Assembly (NCBI RefSeq): GCF_964213995.1
Contig: NC_135814.1
Location: 14,508,001-14,572,000, forward strand
Reading direction: 5' to 3'
DNA length: 64,000 nucleotides
Source: Mustelus asterias
Taxonomy: Eukaryota
Positions 25,817 through 38,560 of the stretch are shown here, piece after piece; position 1 is the stretch's first letter, and each line of letters begins with the position of its first letter. The position numbers and the translations under genes are program-made. The notes under the pieces were generated by a model, which worked only from the letters and a program-made list of their open reading frames with translations, searched no databases and was not told the origin of the DNA.

Positions 25817-26083
25817 ACCGGGGTTCAATTCCAGCCTTGGGTGACTGTGTGGAGTTTGCACGTTCTCCCCGTATCTGCGTGGGTTTCCATTGGGTGGTCC
25901 AGTTTCTTCCCACACTTCAAAGATGTGCAGGTTAGGTTGACTGGCTAAACTGTCTCTGAGTGGCAGAGGGATTAGCGGGGTAAATATTTGGGGTTAGGTT
26001 AATGGTGGGATTGTTGTCGATGTAAGCTCTATGGGCTGAATGGCCTCCTTCTGCACTGCAGGAATTCTATTATTCTATTCTGT
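25817..26083 (+). mobile_element. HE1-type V-SINE, 5'-truncated
   Basis: B box through the tail. Confidence 0.8.
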
Positions 26084-26851
26084 GATTTCATTTCCATTAA
26101 AGATGGAAAATCAAAAACAAAAGATGGCCATAAAGACAACTCTTTAAAAGGTCCATCCACCTTGATTTGATAGAAGCTGAGGATCCCTTTTGAGGACAAT
26201 TTCTCCCATTGCTTGTCACTGCGTTGTATAGGTGGTGAACCTGAGCAGAAACTAGTAGTAGCAGATGAGCAGAAACAGAAATGGTGCTGGGATCTAAATG
26301 ATGTCCCTTGACTGCAGAGATGCTGGTAAGGGCAGAATTCATAACAGCAGTTGAAAGCAAGATCGATAAGCTTTGAAAAACAAAGACATGAAAGTGCAGG
26401 AGAATGAGACGACATGAATAGCTTCTTCCGACATCCAACACAGGTGTATTGGATCAAATGCCCTCCATGTCATCATCATTGATCTGCCTAATGCAGGTCT
26501 TAAATCAATCTGTTCTCTATTCTGATGTGTTTTACTCTTCAATTGTCTATACAATCGCCCATGTTCTATTGATCCAAAAGCATAATTATTTTCCTCCCTC
26601 ATGGTTTATTTTCCTTACATTTAGTTTTTGAACACTTTTTTCCCATCCATCTCAGTACATGCATCCAACTCAAATGCCTTTTCCTGATAATATTAGTTTA
26701 GCATTTGCAACATCTCCTCCCTACTTTTCTTGTCTGTCCACTTTATTTGCTCTAGGTATCTCCAAGGTCATATCTCAGAATGCTTGAGAAGCCCAGCATT
26801 GTCTTTCATTCAAATCTGTGTTTCAGTGCCACACTCCATATCAAACTTCTG

Positions 26852-26978
26852 CGCCAGAATTCTACCTCCCTGCCCGCCACAGGAATCGTAGCAGGCAAGG
26901 GACAGACAATGGGAAGGTCTGTTCACCTCAGGCAGGATTTTACAGTTCCGGGATGAGCAGGGCTGTAAAATCCCGTCC
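26852..26978. mobile_element. 127 bp MITE
   Basis: CGCCAGAATTCTAC...GTAAAATCCCGTCC, TSD CTG. Reverse homologue of 7269-7395. Confidence 0.7.
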
Positions 26979-27515
26979 CTGATCTTTGTTTCAGTTTTCC
27001 ATTTAATTGTCTATGCAATATTCTCTTCCTTCTCTTAAACGTAACATTTCTCCCCGTAAACATTAGCTCTCACATCTTTGGGTACTGTTGCCATCTTTAG
27101 TTAATATACTTCCCAATGTATCCCACCTAATCCAAATTTACTCCTGTTAAAATGCTCTTTTCTCAGCATTACTGGAAGCCTTCATAGCTTTGGTTTTACC
27201 CACAATGATTCATGTAAGTCAATGCGTGTAGACTTGAGGGACTGTTAACCAGGGAATTGTAGATCATGTGTGCCCCAGTGACTTTTCTGAGGGTCTGTCT
27301 TGCCTTTGATATATGCACAATGGCCCAGGTAGCAATGATGGCCCACGGTAACAATATAGAGTTCTATGACTTAATGATCTTTATTGTTAGAAGTGATCTA
27401 CATTCTCAGGTGAAATGTTACAGAATGAGATACTCCTGCATCTCTCTGCTTCTGAAAGCCTCTCGGCTTCTGTCATTAGAGGACATAGCCCAGATCCAGC
27501 AAATCCTCCTGTTTA

Positions 27516-27827
27516 GAGCAGCACGGTGGCACAGTAGTTAGCACTACTGCCTCACAGCACCAGGGACCCGGATTTGATTCCTGGCTTGGGTTACTGTCTG
27601 TGCAGAGTCTGCATGTTCTCCTTGTGTCTGCGTGGGTTTCCTCCGGGTGCTCCAGTTTCCTCCCACAATCCGAAAGACATGCTGCTTAGGTGCATTGGCC
27701 ATGCTAAATTCTTCCTCAGTGTGCCCAAACAGGCGTCGGAGTGTGGTGACTGGGGGATTTTCACAGTAACTTCATTGCAGTGTTAATGTAAGCCTACTTT
27801 TGACTAATAAATAAACTTTAACTTTAA
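27516..27827 (+). mobile_element. V-SINE, alternative tail subfamily
   Basis: Head, V-domain and tail ending TAATAAATAAACTTTAACTTTAAC. Confidence 0.85.
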
Positions 27828-27834
27828 CTCTTCT

Positions 27835-28400
27835 CTGTGTGCCAGGTTATATATAACAATTAGATGAGATCAAAGCTGGGTCATATTGCAGAATGTCTCC
27901 TGCATGGTCCAACTATCTGAATTTCATTTTGAGCAGATCAAAAATCTTTTCAATGATGGAAGTATTGGATGAGTGGCTCTCATTGTAAAGCAGCTCATCA
28001 TCTGATCGCTTTCTTCACGGGATCATGAGTTATCTCTTCAATGGATAGCCCTTGTTCTCAAGAATCGAGCTCTTGATGGAACAGCTCTAGGATCTGGGCG
28101 TGCCCAATGATATACGTGTTGTACTGGATAACATGTCCAAACCTGAATTAAGCTTTGTCAGTACTCACTCAGCAGCTGGACATATAGAGAATGAAACCCT
28201 CTACAGTTTACACATGCTCCTGGCTGGCCCAGCTGGCAACTCCACGCCTTCATGCACGCAATCTATGCAATCTTGCACTTTTAGGAATCTAGCAATGTTC
28301 CGAAATCCTCTGGCTTGTTTTGCCTGATGAACCTCATCTGTGGTGAATGTGAAGGCTTGCAAGCCTAAACATTGCATCCATTGCCACCTTGATGCAATAG
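27835..28400 (-). pseudogene. PIF/Harbinger (HARBI1-like, DDE_Tnp_4) transposase remnant
   Basis: Frameshifted motifs FRNIARFLKVQDCIDCVH, NCRGFHSLYVQL, NKGYPLKR*LMIP, YNESHSSNTSIIEKIFDLLKMKFR*LDHAGDILQY match the Harbinger transposase motif order. Confidence 0.8.
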
Positions 28401-28789
28401 TGCACAGAAGAGGGCAGAATGTACGCAGCATATCATTGGCATTATGCATAGGATGGTCCAATTAGTGACACATTCCATCTGTCTTTTCTTGGGTCAGTGA
28501 ATATAATCCTGCCTCATCCCTGCCCCTCATTTGCCCCTACCCCCTCCAGACCAGCATGCTAGCCATAATTGTCGCATTTGCTTAAAATATATACTCAATT
28601 CAATTTTCTAGTACTTGCCCAGTGTTATATATTGGTAAGGTATCTACTTTTATGGACATACTGTCAAACTTGCAGGTTTCTGAGTTCTTCTGGTACTTTG
28701 GCGTTCAATGTGATGCTTGGCTGGGGCAGAGTTTGGACCTTTTGTTCCTTCCACATATCAACAATACTTCATTACAGCTTGTTTTAGGC

Positions 28790-29515
28790 ATGAGGAGAGG
28801 TTGGATAAACTCGGATTGTTTTCATTGGAAAGACAGAGACTGAAGGGCGACCTAATAGAGGTCTACAAAATTATGAGAGTCATAGATAGGGTGGATAGTC
28901 AGAGACTTTTTTCCAGGGTGGATAGGTCAGTTACAAGAGGGCACAGGTTCATGGTGAGAGGAGGAAAGTTTAGGGAGATGTGCGGGAAAGTTTTTCACAG
29001 AGGGGTGGTGGATGCCTAGAACTCACAGCTAGTGGAGGTGCTGGAAGCAGGCACATTAGCAGTGTTCAAGGCATATTTGAGGGGCGGCATGGTGGCACAG
29101 TGGTTAGCACTGCTGCCTCACAGCGCCAGGAACCCGGCTTCAATTCCGGCCTCGGGTCACTGTTTGTGTGGAGTTTGCACGTTATCCCTGTGTCTGCATG
29201 GGTTTCCAGATGTGCCTGTTGGGTTGATTGGCCATGATAAATTGACTCTAGTGTCAGAGGGATTAGGGGGGTAAATATGTGGGGCTATGGGAATAAGGCC
29301 TGGGTGGGATTGTGGTCGGTGCAGTCTTAATGGGCCGAATGGCCTCCTTCTGCACTGTCGGGGTTCTATGGATTCTATGATTCTGATAAACACGTGAACG
29401 GGAGGGACAGAAATCGAGTATGGGCAATAAGTAGTGGGTCTAAATAAGGAATAGGAATCGGTGTAGGCTTGGTGGGCCGAAGGGCCTGTTCCTGTGCTGT
29501 ATTGTTCTTTGTTCT
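28790..29515 (+). mobile_element. CR1 LINE 3' fragment interrupted by a V-SINE
   Basis: EERLDKLGLFSLERQRLKGDLIEVYKIM. The CR1 tail resumes after the SINE. Confidence 0.85.
29081..29385 (+). mobile_element. HE1-type V-SINE (CR1 tail)
   Basis: Copy with a V-domain deletion, inside a CR1 fragment. Confidence 0.85.
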
Positions 29516-30107
29516 CAGATGCTAATTGTTGTACATGTATCTTTATTTCTGCACGTTTTTAGAGCCTTGTTCCTCAATCTTGGTAATTTTATTTCAGTTT
29601 GTCAGTGTCACTCAGGATCCATCCAATCTCCCATTTGATCTCTCTGTATATAGGGTCTTGCTTGGCAAATGTTTTCAGTTTTTAATCATGCAGGATGAAC
29701 CGTATCACTTGGTGAATCAGTTACACAGCATCATGTAACCTTAACATCCCCACTCTTATCACCATGCATTGTATCCAGTTTCACCCACAATGCGCAACTT
29801 CAACTATAGCTTATTATATTAACAGTTATAACACATCAAATCATATCATCACCAGCCCCAGCTATACAAATGGAATATTTTAATAAAAACATTTAAATTT
29901 ATTTTCTACAATTTATAATATCTGTAGAGTTTCTGTTCATTGGGATCACCGTTTTCTTAATACTACGAGTTATTTCTCTACATAGAGTATGGGTGAAGGT
30001 AGCACAGTGATCTTATAAATAGAAGACTGGTAATTGTTCCCAATTAGATCTCTGTTCAAATAAAGTTGTCCCTTGAAACGGGCGCAGGAAGAGGAAGCAC
30101 CTTGCTT

Positions 30108-30428
30108 TCATCGAACCTAAGTGCAGAAGGAAGCCATTCAGCCTATCAAGTCTGCACCGACCACAATCCCACCCAGGCCCTCTTCCCATAACTCCGTGCA
30201 TTTACCCTGCTAGTCCCCCTGACACTAAAGGGCAATTTTAGCATGGACAATCCACCTAATCCACACATCTTTGGACTGTGGGAGGAAACCGGAGCACCCG
30301 GAGGAAACCCACGCCAACACGGGGGGAATGCGCACACTCCACACAGACTGTGACCCAAGCCGGGAATCAAACCCGGGTCCCTGGTGCTGTGAAGCAGCAG
30401 TGCTAACCACTGTGCCGCCGCGCCACCC
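30108..30428 (-). mobile_element. HE1-type V-SINE (CR1 tail)
   Basis: Reverse copy. Confidence 0.88.
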
Positions 30429-30515
30429 GTTTCCTTGAGGAGCTCAGTGATCATACCATAAAGAGGAAGAAAGTAAATTAAATCAGAGTGCTAGTTTATC
30501 AAATCACATCGGTGA

Positions 30516-30857
30516 GGTTAGTACTGCTGCCTCACAGCACCAGGGGCCCGGGTTCTATTCTGGCCTTGGGTGAATGTCTCTGCGGAGTTTGTACATTCTG
30601 CCCGTGTCTGCGTGGGTTTCCGTCGGGTGCTCCGGTTTCCTCCCACACTCCAAAGATTTGCAGGTTAGGTGGATTGGCCATGCTAAATTACTCCTTAGTG
30701 TTCAAATTTGTGTAGGTTAGGTGGGTTAAACAGAGTAAATGAGTGGAGCTAAGGGGATCAGGCGAGGGAGTGGGCCTGGGTAAAATGTTCTTTTGGAGAT
30801 TTGGTGCAGACTCGATGGGCCGAATGGCCTCATTGTGCACTGTAGGGATTCTATGAC
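30516..30857 (+). mobile_element. HE1-type V-SINE (CR1 tail)
   Basis: Forward copy, head-to-head with 30108-30428. Confidence 0.85.
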
Positions 30858-31899
30858 CTCTGTCTGCTTTTGAAACTGAAACTAAAACGTGTTCCGAAAG
30901 GTTCTCTATTTCCCCATCCGTGATATTGAAAATGTGGCTCGGCAAAGTCAAACTCTTCCCAGTCCCACCTCTCCTGGTGGATAACTTGAAAGAAATATAA
31001 GGCAGTCAAACATCTAACAGCAAGAAGCTGATAACTACAAGGGAACATTATGGGGAAAATGAATCTTTAAATGTGGGTACCGATCAAATCAGGAATAATG
31101 AGATTGTTCAGTGATAAAACCTAAACATATCCATTGTATTAAAGGCAGATTGAATGGCTTTTTCCAAAGAGAGGAATTATTGTGTTGCTCTAATGCACGC
31201 ATGGTGCTTCTAACATCTTATTCTGGCAAACATAATCATGAATCTCTCAGAAAATTCAATACTTAGGTGTCAGGTAACAAAATTTACATCTCCTGTGTAT
31301 GTTTTGCTGTGGATCGGAATTGATTTAAGCTTTTCCTTTGAAAGCAGCAAGATGCCAAATTTTTATTCCCGAAACATTGAATTGAAATAAAGTGCAATAT
31401 GCCTGATTTAGTGTCAAAATTCCACCTGGGTGCTTTACACTACATCAGTTTTTTGTCATAATTGTGACGCATCGTGCAGAATGCGGTTGAATTATTTGCT
31501 CACTTGTCCGGTTAGTGCGCCTACTTTCTGGTTGGCGGATGGTTCACTCAACAAAGAGCAGTTAATGTTATATCAAGCGCTCGTGCACCAATGACCTCCA
31601 GCAGACATGTTCAATCCTTTGATTCACAGACTAAATCTGGCCTTAAATGTTTAACCATGATCACAAAGGTAATTTAATAACTCGTGGCCCATTAGCCAGT
31701 TCTGCCTCACGTGTCTCTCCCTTTGCTCAGAAAGATCGGCTGGTCCGTAAAATCTATCAGCTACTTGGATAAATTCATTGAACTGAAATATGATACCTAC
31801 AAATCCAAGATATATGATGGGTAGGAGATGGCAAGAAAGGAGATTTTTCTGTGTAATATAGTGCCTTTTTTATTACATCATGGCACACATCTGATTCAG

Positions 31900-32610
31900 T
31901 TGTAGAGTTTAAAGCACAAAAATACACCCTTCGGCCCATCATGTCTGCTTCGACCATTAAGCACCTCATAGAGTCATAGATATATACAGCTAGAAAACAG
32001 GCCCTTCGGCCTAACCCGTCCATGCCGACCAGGTTTCCTAAACTGAACTAGTCCCATTTGCTTGCATTTGGCCCATATCTGGGTGGCACGGTAGCACAGT
32101 GGTTAGCACTGCTGCTTCACAGCTCCAGGGACCTGGGTTCGATTCCCGGCTCGGGTCACTGTCTGTGTGGAGTTGGCACATGCTCCTCGTGTCTGTGTGG
32201 GTTTCCTCCGGGTGCTCCGGTTTCCTCCCACAGTCCAAAGATGTGCGGGTTAGGTTGATTAGCCATGCTAAAATTGCCCTTACTGTGTCCTGGGATGCGT
32301 AGGTTAGAGGGATTAGTGGGTAGATATGGGGGTGGGGCCTGGGTGGGATTGTGGTCGGTGCAGACTCGATGGGCCGAATGGCCTCTTTCTGTGCTGTCGG
32401 ATTTCTAAGATAAACTTTTCCCATCCATGTACCTGTCCAAATGTCTTTTAAATGTTGTAATTGTACCCACCTCCTCTGACAGTTCATTCCATATACTACC
32501 TTTCCACCCATATCACACCTATCTATTCTAATCCCATTTCCCAGCACTTGATTAGTAGCCTTGTAAGCCAAGGCATTCCAATGCTCATCGAAGTGTTTCT
32601 GAGATGTTGT
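31900..32610 (-). mobile_element. Nested CR1 3' fragments with a V-SINE insertion
   Basis: Reverse CR1 tails (CATAGAGTCATAGA...AACAGGCCCTTCGGCC) and FKRHLDRYMD-type sequence. Confidence 0.65.
32081..32408 (+). mobile_element. HE1-type V-SINE (CR1 tail)
   Basis: Full-length copy inside a CR1 fragment. Confidence 0.9.
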
Positions 32611-32894
32611 GAGGGTTCCCACCAGAAAAAGGTCCAATGTATTTTCATCATCAAAATCTCAGAGTTTGGACTTTGCAAAAGCTTTTCCCATCTTCGGGCA
32701 TATTGGATCATTTGGGCTCAGAACAGAGGGGAAATTTCACTGTAAAGGATGGATAATGGAACATGATCTGTTTTCATCCCATTAAAATTAACAAATCAAA
32801 GTCAGGCATGTTCTTTTGCAAGCACCCCTTCCCCCCAACTGTTTCTCCATTAAACACTGGGATCATTCAATCCAATATACTTAAGAAGTCATAC

Positions 32895-33840
32895 ATTTTT
32901 AAAATTTATTATTGCATGGAATGTGAACATCACTGGCAAAGTCAGCATGCATTGCCTTTGAGAAGGTGATGCCTTCTTGAATCGCTGTGGTCCACATAGC
33001 ATAGGTACCTCCACAGTGCTGTTAGGGAGGGTGTTCCACGATTTTGACCAGTAACAGTAAAGGAACGATTATATAGTTTCAAATCAGGATGGCGTGAGGC
33101 TTAGAGTGGAACTTGCAGCTGGTGGTGTTCCCCTACATGTGCTGCCCTTGTCTGTCTAGGTGGTAGAGGTGGCGGGTTTGGAAGTTGCTGTCAAAGGAGC
33201 CTTGGTGAGTTGCTGCAGTGCATCTTGTAAATGGTACACACGCTGCTGCGATTGTGCATTGGTGGTGGAGAGAGTGAATATTTAAGATGGTGGAGTGGCT
33301 CCCTTATTGTGGCTGGTGCCAAGCTTCTTGAACGTTGTTGGAGCTACGCTCATTCTGGCAAATGGAGTGTCTTCCATCACACTCCTGACTCAGAACCATA
33401 GAAAAGTTACAGCACAGAAGAAGACCATTTGGCTCATCTTCTCCATCCCAGCCCGAGGACCCTTTTTAAACCCACCTTCCTGTATCCGGTTCACAGCCCT
33501 GTAGCTTACTGCACTTGAGGTGCCGATCTGGGTACTTTTAAAAAGAGTTTAAGGTCTCTACCTCCACCACAAATTCGAGCAGCAAATTCCAGACACCCAC
33601 CACTCTCTGCATAAAAAAGTTCTTCCTCATAAACCTACTGCCTACTACACCTACTGCCACTTAAAGTGTCCTGGTACAAGACAAAGGTTCTGCACCAAGG
33701 GAAACAATTGTATCCTGTCCACTCTATTTCTTCCCCTCATAATTTTATGCACCTCTCCTTGTGCCTTGCAAATGGTGGACAGGTTCTGGGGAGTCAGGAG
33801 GTGAGTTACTTACTGCAGTATTTCCAGCCTCTGATCTTGA
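32895..33840 (-). mobile_element. Degenerate 3' fragment of the same CR1/L2-group LINE (with an inserted CR1 tail)
   Basis: Collinear similarity to 61385-61980 (CACAGTGCTGTTAGG, GGAGCCTTGGTGAGTTG). Confidence 0.7.
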
Positions 33841-34597
33841 TTATGTCTGATCAGTTATCTGTGAACCTACTAAATTACTTAACTGCGATACAAACATCTT
33901 GCAGGGTCATTTTGAGTATATGTTTGATTGTATTCCTTTTGGAGATAAGAGACTCATACTTGAATTTCCTTTATGCCTGTCAAATTTTGGAAACTACTTC
34001 TCAGTCTGGTCCTTTCAAAATTGGATACATTGCCTGGAGGCAGAAGAGAGAAATAAATCATGGACTGTAAAATCAGCAACAAACCATTGTGTAAGGGTAA
34101 ATATTCAACCAACTGATGTCCAGTACAAGTTGTTTTGCAGTTTAACGCTGTAGCTATTACCTTATTAATGACTTTTATTTTTCTCTCTTCTGAAGAACGG
34201 TAGCTATCTATTGAAAATCAACATCGTGCCATTTATTTTGTTCACTTAGCCATTCATTGTATAATAAATCTACTTGACAGTTTATAACCGAAGCCTTGTT
34301 CTAATGAAATGTTTATTCCATCATTTTCCACAGTTCAGAGAAATCATCTGAGGACGCATGCGAAAACCAGAAAATCCCAATGCAGTAACAAGGTTCTACA
34401 GTTGTATTTGTGATCATGCTATGAATTGCCTAGATATTGAGCAGACAAAAGCAGAATCTGCACTCCCAGAAATGACACTGAACCAGAGATAGTTCCCTGG
34501 ACTAAAAGCTCAAAATACAGATAAGAAAATTTTTGACTTCAACTTATTTTTTTCTTGGGATATGGACAATGTTGGCAATGCTATTTGAAAAGACTTG

Positions 34598-34733
34598 GGG
34601 TGCGATCTTACCTGCCATTCACGCCACACTCCCACCGCAGCGAGGTCGGAGAATTTGGCACCCAGCCAAATCTCTGTTCGATGCAACGGGATGGGAAAAT
34701 CCCACCGGCGTGAACGGTGATAAGGTTCCGGCC
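34598..34733. mobile_element. 136 bp MITE
   Basis: GGGTGCGATCTTA...TAAGGTTCCGGCC, TSD TTG. Confidence 0.65.
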
Positions 34734-35136
34734 TTGGGGTGGGATTCTCTCTTCTCGCCCGCTGTGGGTTTGGTGGTGGGTGGGAGAATCTAGCAGGAGC
34801 CAATAAGTCGGAGACCCGCCAGCGCATCTAATGAATGCTCATTAGAACTGGAATCTCTCCGCGCCTTCCAATCTTGTGTCACACGAGCAGGGAAATTATG
34901 TCAGCCTCAAACCTGTTTGAAAATGAGTGGTGTGCACAAGTTGGACCTCAGTCAGCTTGAAACTTCAACCTGCCATAGTGCTGCATGACCCCTGTTGCAC
35001 TGGATGTCACTTTTTTTATTCATTCGTGGAACATGGGTGTGGTTGGCTGGCGAGCGTTTATTGCCCATCCCAAGTTGCCCTTGTTCAGAGGGCAGTTGAG
35101 ATTCAACCATATTGCTGGGACTGAATGGTTTGTGTC

Positions 35137-36742
35137 AAAGAACAAAGAACAAAGAACGGTACAGCACAGGAAACAGGCCCTTCGGCCCTCCAAGCCTGTG
35201 CCGCTCCTTGGTCCAACTAGACCAATCGTTTGTATCCCTCCATTCCCAGGCTGCTCATGTGACTATCCAGGTAAGTCTTAAACGATGTCAGCGTGCCTGC
35301 CTCCACCACCCTACTTGGCAGCGCATTCCAGGCCCCCACCACCCTCTGTGTAAAAAACGTCCCTCTGATGTCTGAATTATACTTCGCCCCTCTCAGCTTG
35401 AGCCCGTGACCCCTCGTGATCGTCACCTCCGACCTGGGAAAAAGCTTCCCACTGTTCACCCTATCTATACCCTTCATAATCTTGTATACCTCTATTAGAT
35501 CTCCCCTCATTCTCCGTCTTTCCAAGGAGAACAACCCCAGTCTACCCAATCTCTCCTCATAGCTAAGACCCTCCATACCAGGCAACATCCTGGTAAACCT
35601 TCTCTGCACTCTCTCCAATGCCTCCACGTCCTTCTGGTAGTGCGGTGACCAGAACTGGACGCAGTACTCCAAATGTGGCCTAACCAGCGTTCTATACAGC
35701 TGCATCATCAGACTCCAGCTTTTATACTCTATACCCCGTCCTATAAAGGCAAGCATACCATATGCCTTCTTCACCACCTTCTCCACCTGTGTTGCCACCT
35801 TCAAGGATTTGTGGACTTGCACACCTAGGTCCCTCTGTGTTTCTATACTCCTGATGACTCTGCCATTTATTGTATAACTCCTCCCTACATTATTTCTTCC
35901 AAAATGCATCACTTCGCATTTATCTGGATTAAACTCCATCTGCCACCTCTCCGCCCAATTTTCCAGCCTATCTATATCCTGCTGTATTGCCCGACAATGC
36001 TCTTCGCTATCCGCAATTCCAGCCATCTTCGTGTCATCCGCAAACTTGCTGATTACACCAGTTACACCTTCTTCGAAATCATTTATATATATCACAAATA
36101 ACAGAGGTCCCAGTACAGAGTCCTGCGGAACACCACTGGTCACAGACCTCCAGCCGGAAAAAGACCCTTCGACCACTACCCTCTGTCTCCTATGGCCAAG
36201 CCAGTTCTCCACCCATCTAGCCACTTCTCCTTGTATCCCATGAGCCTTAACCTTCTTAACCAACCTGCCATGTGGGACTTTGTCAAATGCCTTACTGAAA
36301 TCCATATAGACGACATCCACGGCCCTTCCTTCATCAACCGTTTTTGTCACTTCCTCAAAAAACTCCACCAAATTTGTAAGGCACGACCTCCCTCTTACAA
36401 AACCATGCTGTCTGTCACTAATGAGATTGTTCCGTTCTAAATGCACATACATCCTGTCTCTAAGAATCCTCTCCAACAACTTCCCTACCACGGACGTCAA
36501 GCTCACCGGCCTATAATTTCCTGGGTTATCCCTGCTACCCTTCTTAAACAACGGGACCACATTTGCTATCCTCCAATCCTCAGGGACCTCACCCGTGTCC
36601 AAAGAAGTGACAAAGATTTCCGTCAGAGGCCCAGCAATTTCACCTCTCGTCTCCCTGAGCAGTCGAGGATAGATGCCATCAGGCCCTGGGGCTTTGTCAG
36701 TTTTAATGTTCCCTAAAAAACCTAACACTTCCTCTCTTGTAA
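35137..36742 (-). mobile_element. CR1 (HER1-like) LINE, 5'-truncated, with uninterrupted 503 aa RT/C-terminal ORF2 (35217..36728)
   Basis: KAPGPDG, NYRPVSLTS, DFSKAFD, GVPQDSVLGP, KFADD, RPHLEYCVQFWSP motifs. (TTCTTTG)n tail. TSD TGTGTC at 35131-35136 and 36743-36748. No endonuclease domain. Confidence 0.95.
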
Positions 36743-38247
36743 TGTGTCCTTCAGCTCCATTGTCTTTATGGGCAGCACTATGTTGCAGGACTCAAGAAGC
36801 CTCCACGTTGACCAACTCTGATCAATACAGCACCAGGGGTTGAGGACTGCAGGCTCTTCTGTTCTCAATGTCATTTTCTGTATAAGCAGCACTGTGCTGC
36901 GATATGCATACAACCTCCACTTTGCCTAACTCGAAGTTCGACTACGGGTGGGATGTGAGGTGAGGGTAGGGTTGATGAAGACAAGGGGGGGGAATGGAAA
37001 GGTGGACTGTGCAAAGGCTGGGAAGGGAAGGGCAAACAAAAGGGAGGCAATGGAGAAGGAGGGCTGTGCAAGTGAGGGACAAGAGCAAGGAGGGTGTGAC
37101 AGCATAGGGCAAGGAGATGGAGAATGGCAAACAATGTAAGGCAGAGGGAAGACTCAGGGGCAGGAAACTGAACCCCAACAAAGGGTTCAAAAGAACATCT
37201 CATTGTTTAATGTAAGAATCTGGAAGAGTGAGAAGGGACTGGGGGGGTCATTATTATAGCACATTAGGGATGGATCACATGAGCACTCTGAAGTTGGGGA
37301 TGGTGTGGTTGGAGATGGTCACTGATGTCCTTAGTCCTCTTTGGAAAGGGTCCAGTGACTACTTGCACTGAGTTTGACATCACATACATGTTCATCTCAC
37401 AGTTGTACACTACCACAATAGAGCGAGGATGACTAAACCGAGAGATAAGAGGATTCCAAAGTATAAATTCACAACACCTTCAGTTGACGAGCATATTCAC
37501 ATGCCCATCAAATGATTTAGAAATAGTGCAATTTATTTCCTGGGAGAGCTCACCCATTCACTAGAAGAGACACCACTACACCTTGGGGCAGCCCCAACCT
37601 CTGGCCTGATAAAGGTGTCCCGCTCCGGGTCAGAAGCACCCTTGGTGGCCATGCTGCTGAATTGGATCTGGGCACAGGCAGATGGTGAACAGCTGAACAC
37701 CCTTGAAGTGTCCTGAGAGGAGGCTCCCAGGCTGTCCCACTGATGTTCATCTTCCCTGTGAATACTAGAGGGTCCCAGCCTGACTCCTTCAGGGGACGGT
37801 GTATTTGGAGTGAGGTCAAACTGCCTCATCCCCTACCGTCTACATCCTGATGGTGTCCACCAGCATCTGTGGCCACGGAGTGCAGCTTCAAGCTCAAAAC
37901 CGACAAGACCTGTTGGACCAAGGTCTCCATAGTGGTCATCCCAAAGGAGGGGACCCTGTCCTCCCCAGAAAGGTCGGCTATAACCTCCACAAATACGGTG
38001 CGCACCAGGATCTTGGTCAGCCCTCCCCCGTCTGGGCTGACTCAAGTCTGTTGTGTGGCAGCTCAGTCTGTACGAAAGTAAAAAAAAGCATGGTGATCAG
38101 AGGGGATGGGGAAGAGGTTGGCTGAAATACACATCCCCCTTGGGTGGTGAGCCCCCTTCCCGAGAAGAGCTAAAAGATGGAGGTTGAGTGTTGATATGTA
38201 CCCCCCGCTAATGGATGTGTGAGATCTGTGGAGAGAGTCGGCGTATG

Positions 38248-38335
38248 ATTAGATGTTGGAAGGGGTTGAAGGATATCTTACCCTCGCGGAGTTAGATGTT
38301 GGAGGGGGTTGAAGGAGATCTTAACCTCGCCGAGT
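38248..38335 (+). repeat. About 43 bp tandem duplication
   Basis: TTAGATGTTGGA(A/G)GGGGTTGAAGGA(T/G)ATCTTA(C/A)CCTCGC occurs twice. Confidence 0.8.
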
Positions 38336-38530
38336 AGATGAGATCATTCATCCTCTTCCTGCACTGCGTGGCATTTCAGGCAGGGTTGCCAGCCACGCTG
38401 ACCTCTTGGGTGACTGCCTCCCAGTACGGAAAGGTGACATTGGGATGCTTTTGGAGCCATCCCATAGTTAGACAACATGTCTCTGCACCCAGACTCCTCA
38501 AATCAAGGCCCTCAAGGGGCCTTGTTGGTT
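38335..38530 (-). pseudogene. Harbinger-associated Myb/SANT-like ORF remnant
   Basis: YWEAVTQEVSVAGNPA*NATQCRKRMNDLI matches the W...QCRKRWNDL trihelix motif and contains one stop. Confidence 0.7.
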
Positions 38531-38560
38531 AGAGACCATAAAGTGTAGGAGCAGAAATAC

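Noticed and set aside
26090-26530. Coding-looking purine-rich stretch, possibly a transposon accessory protein remnant
   Set aside because: No motif I can identify with confidence, and multiple stops.
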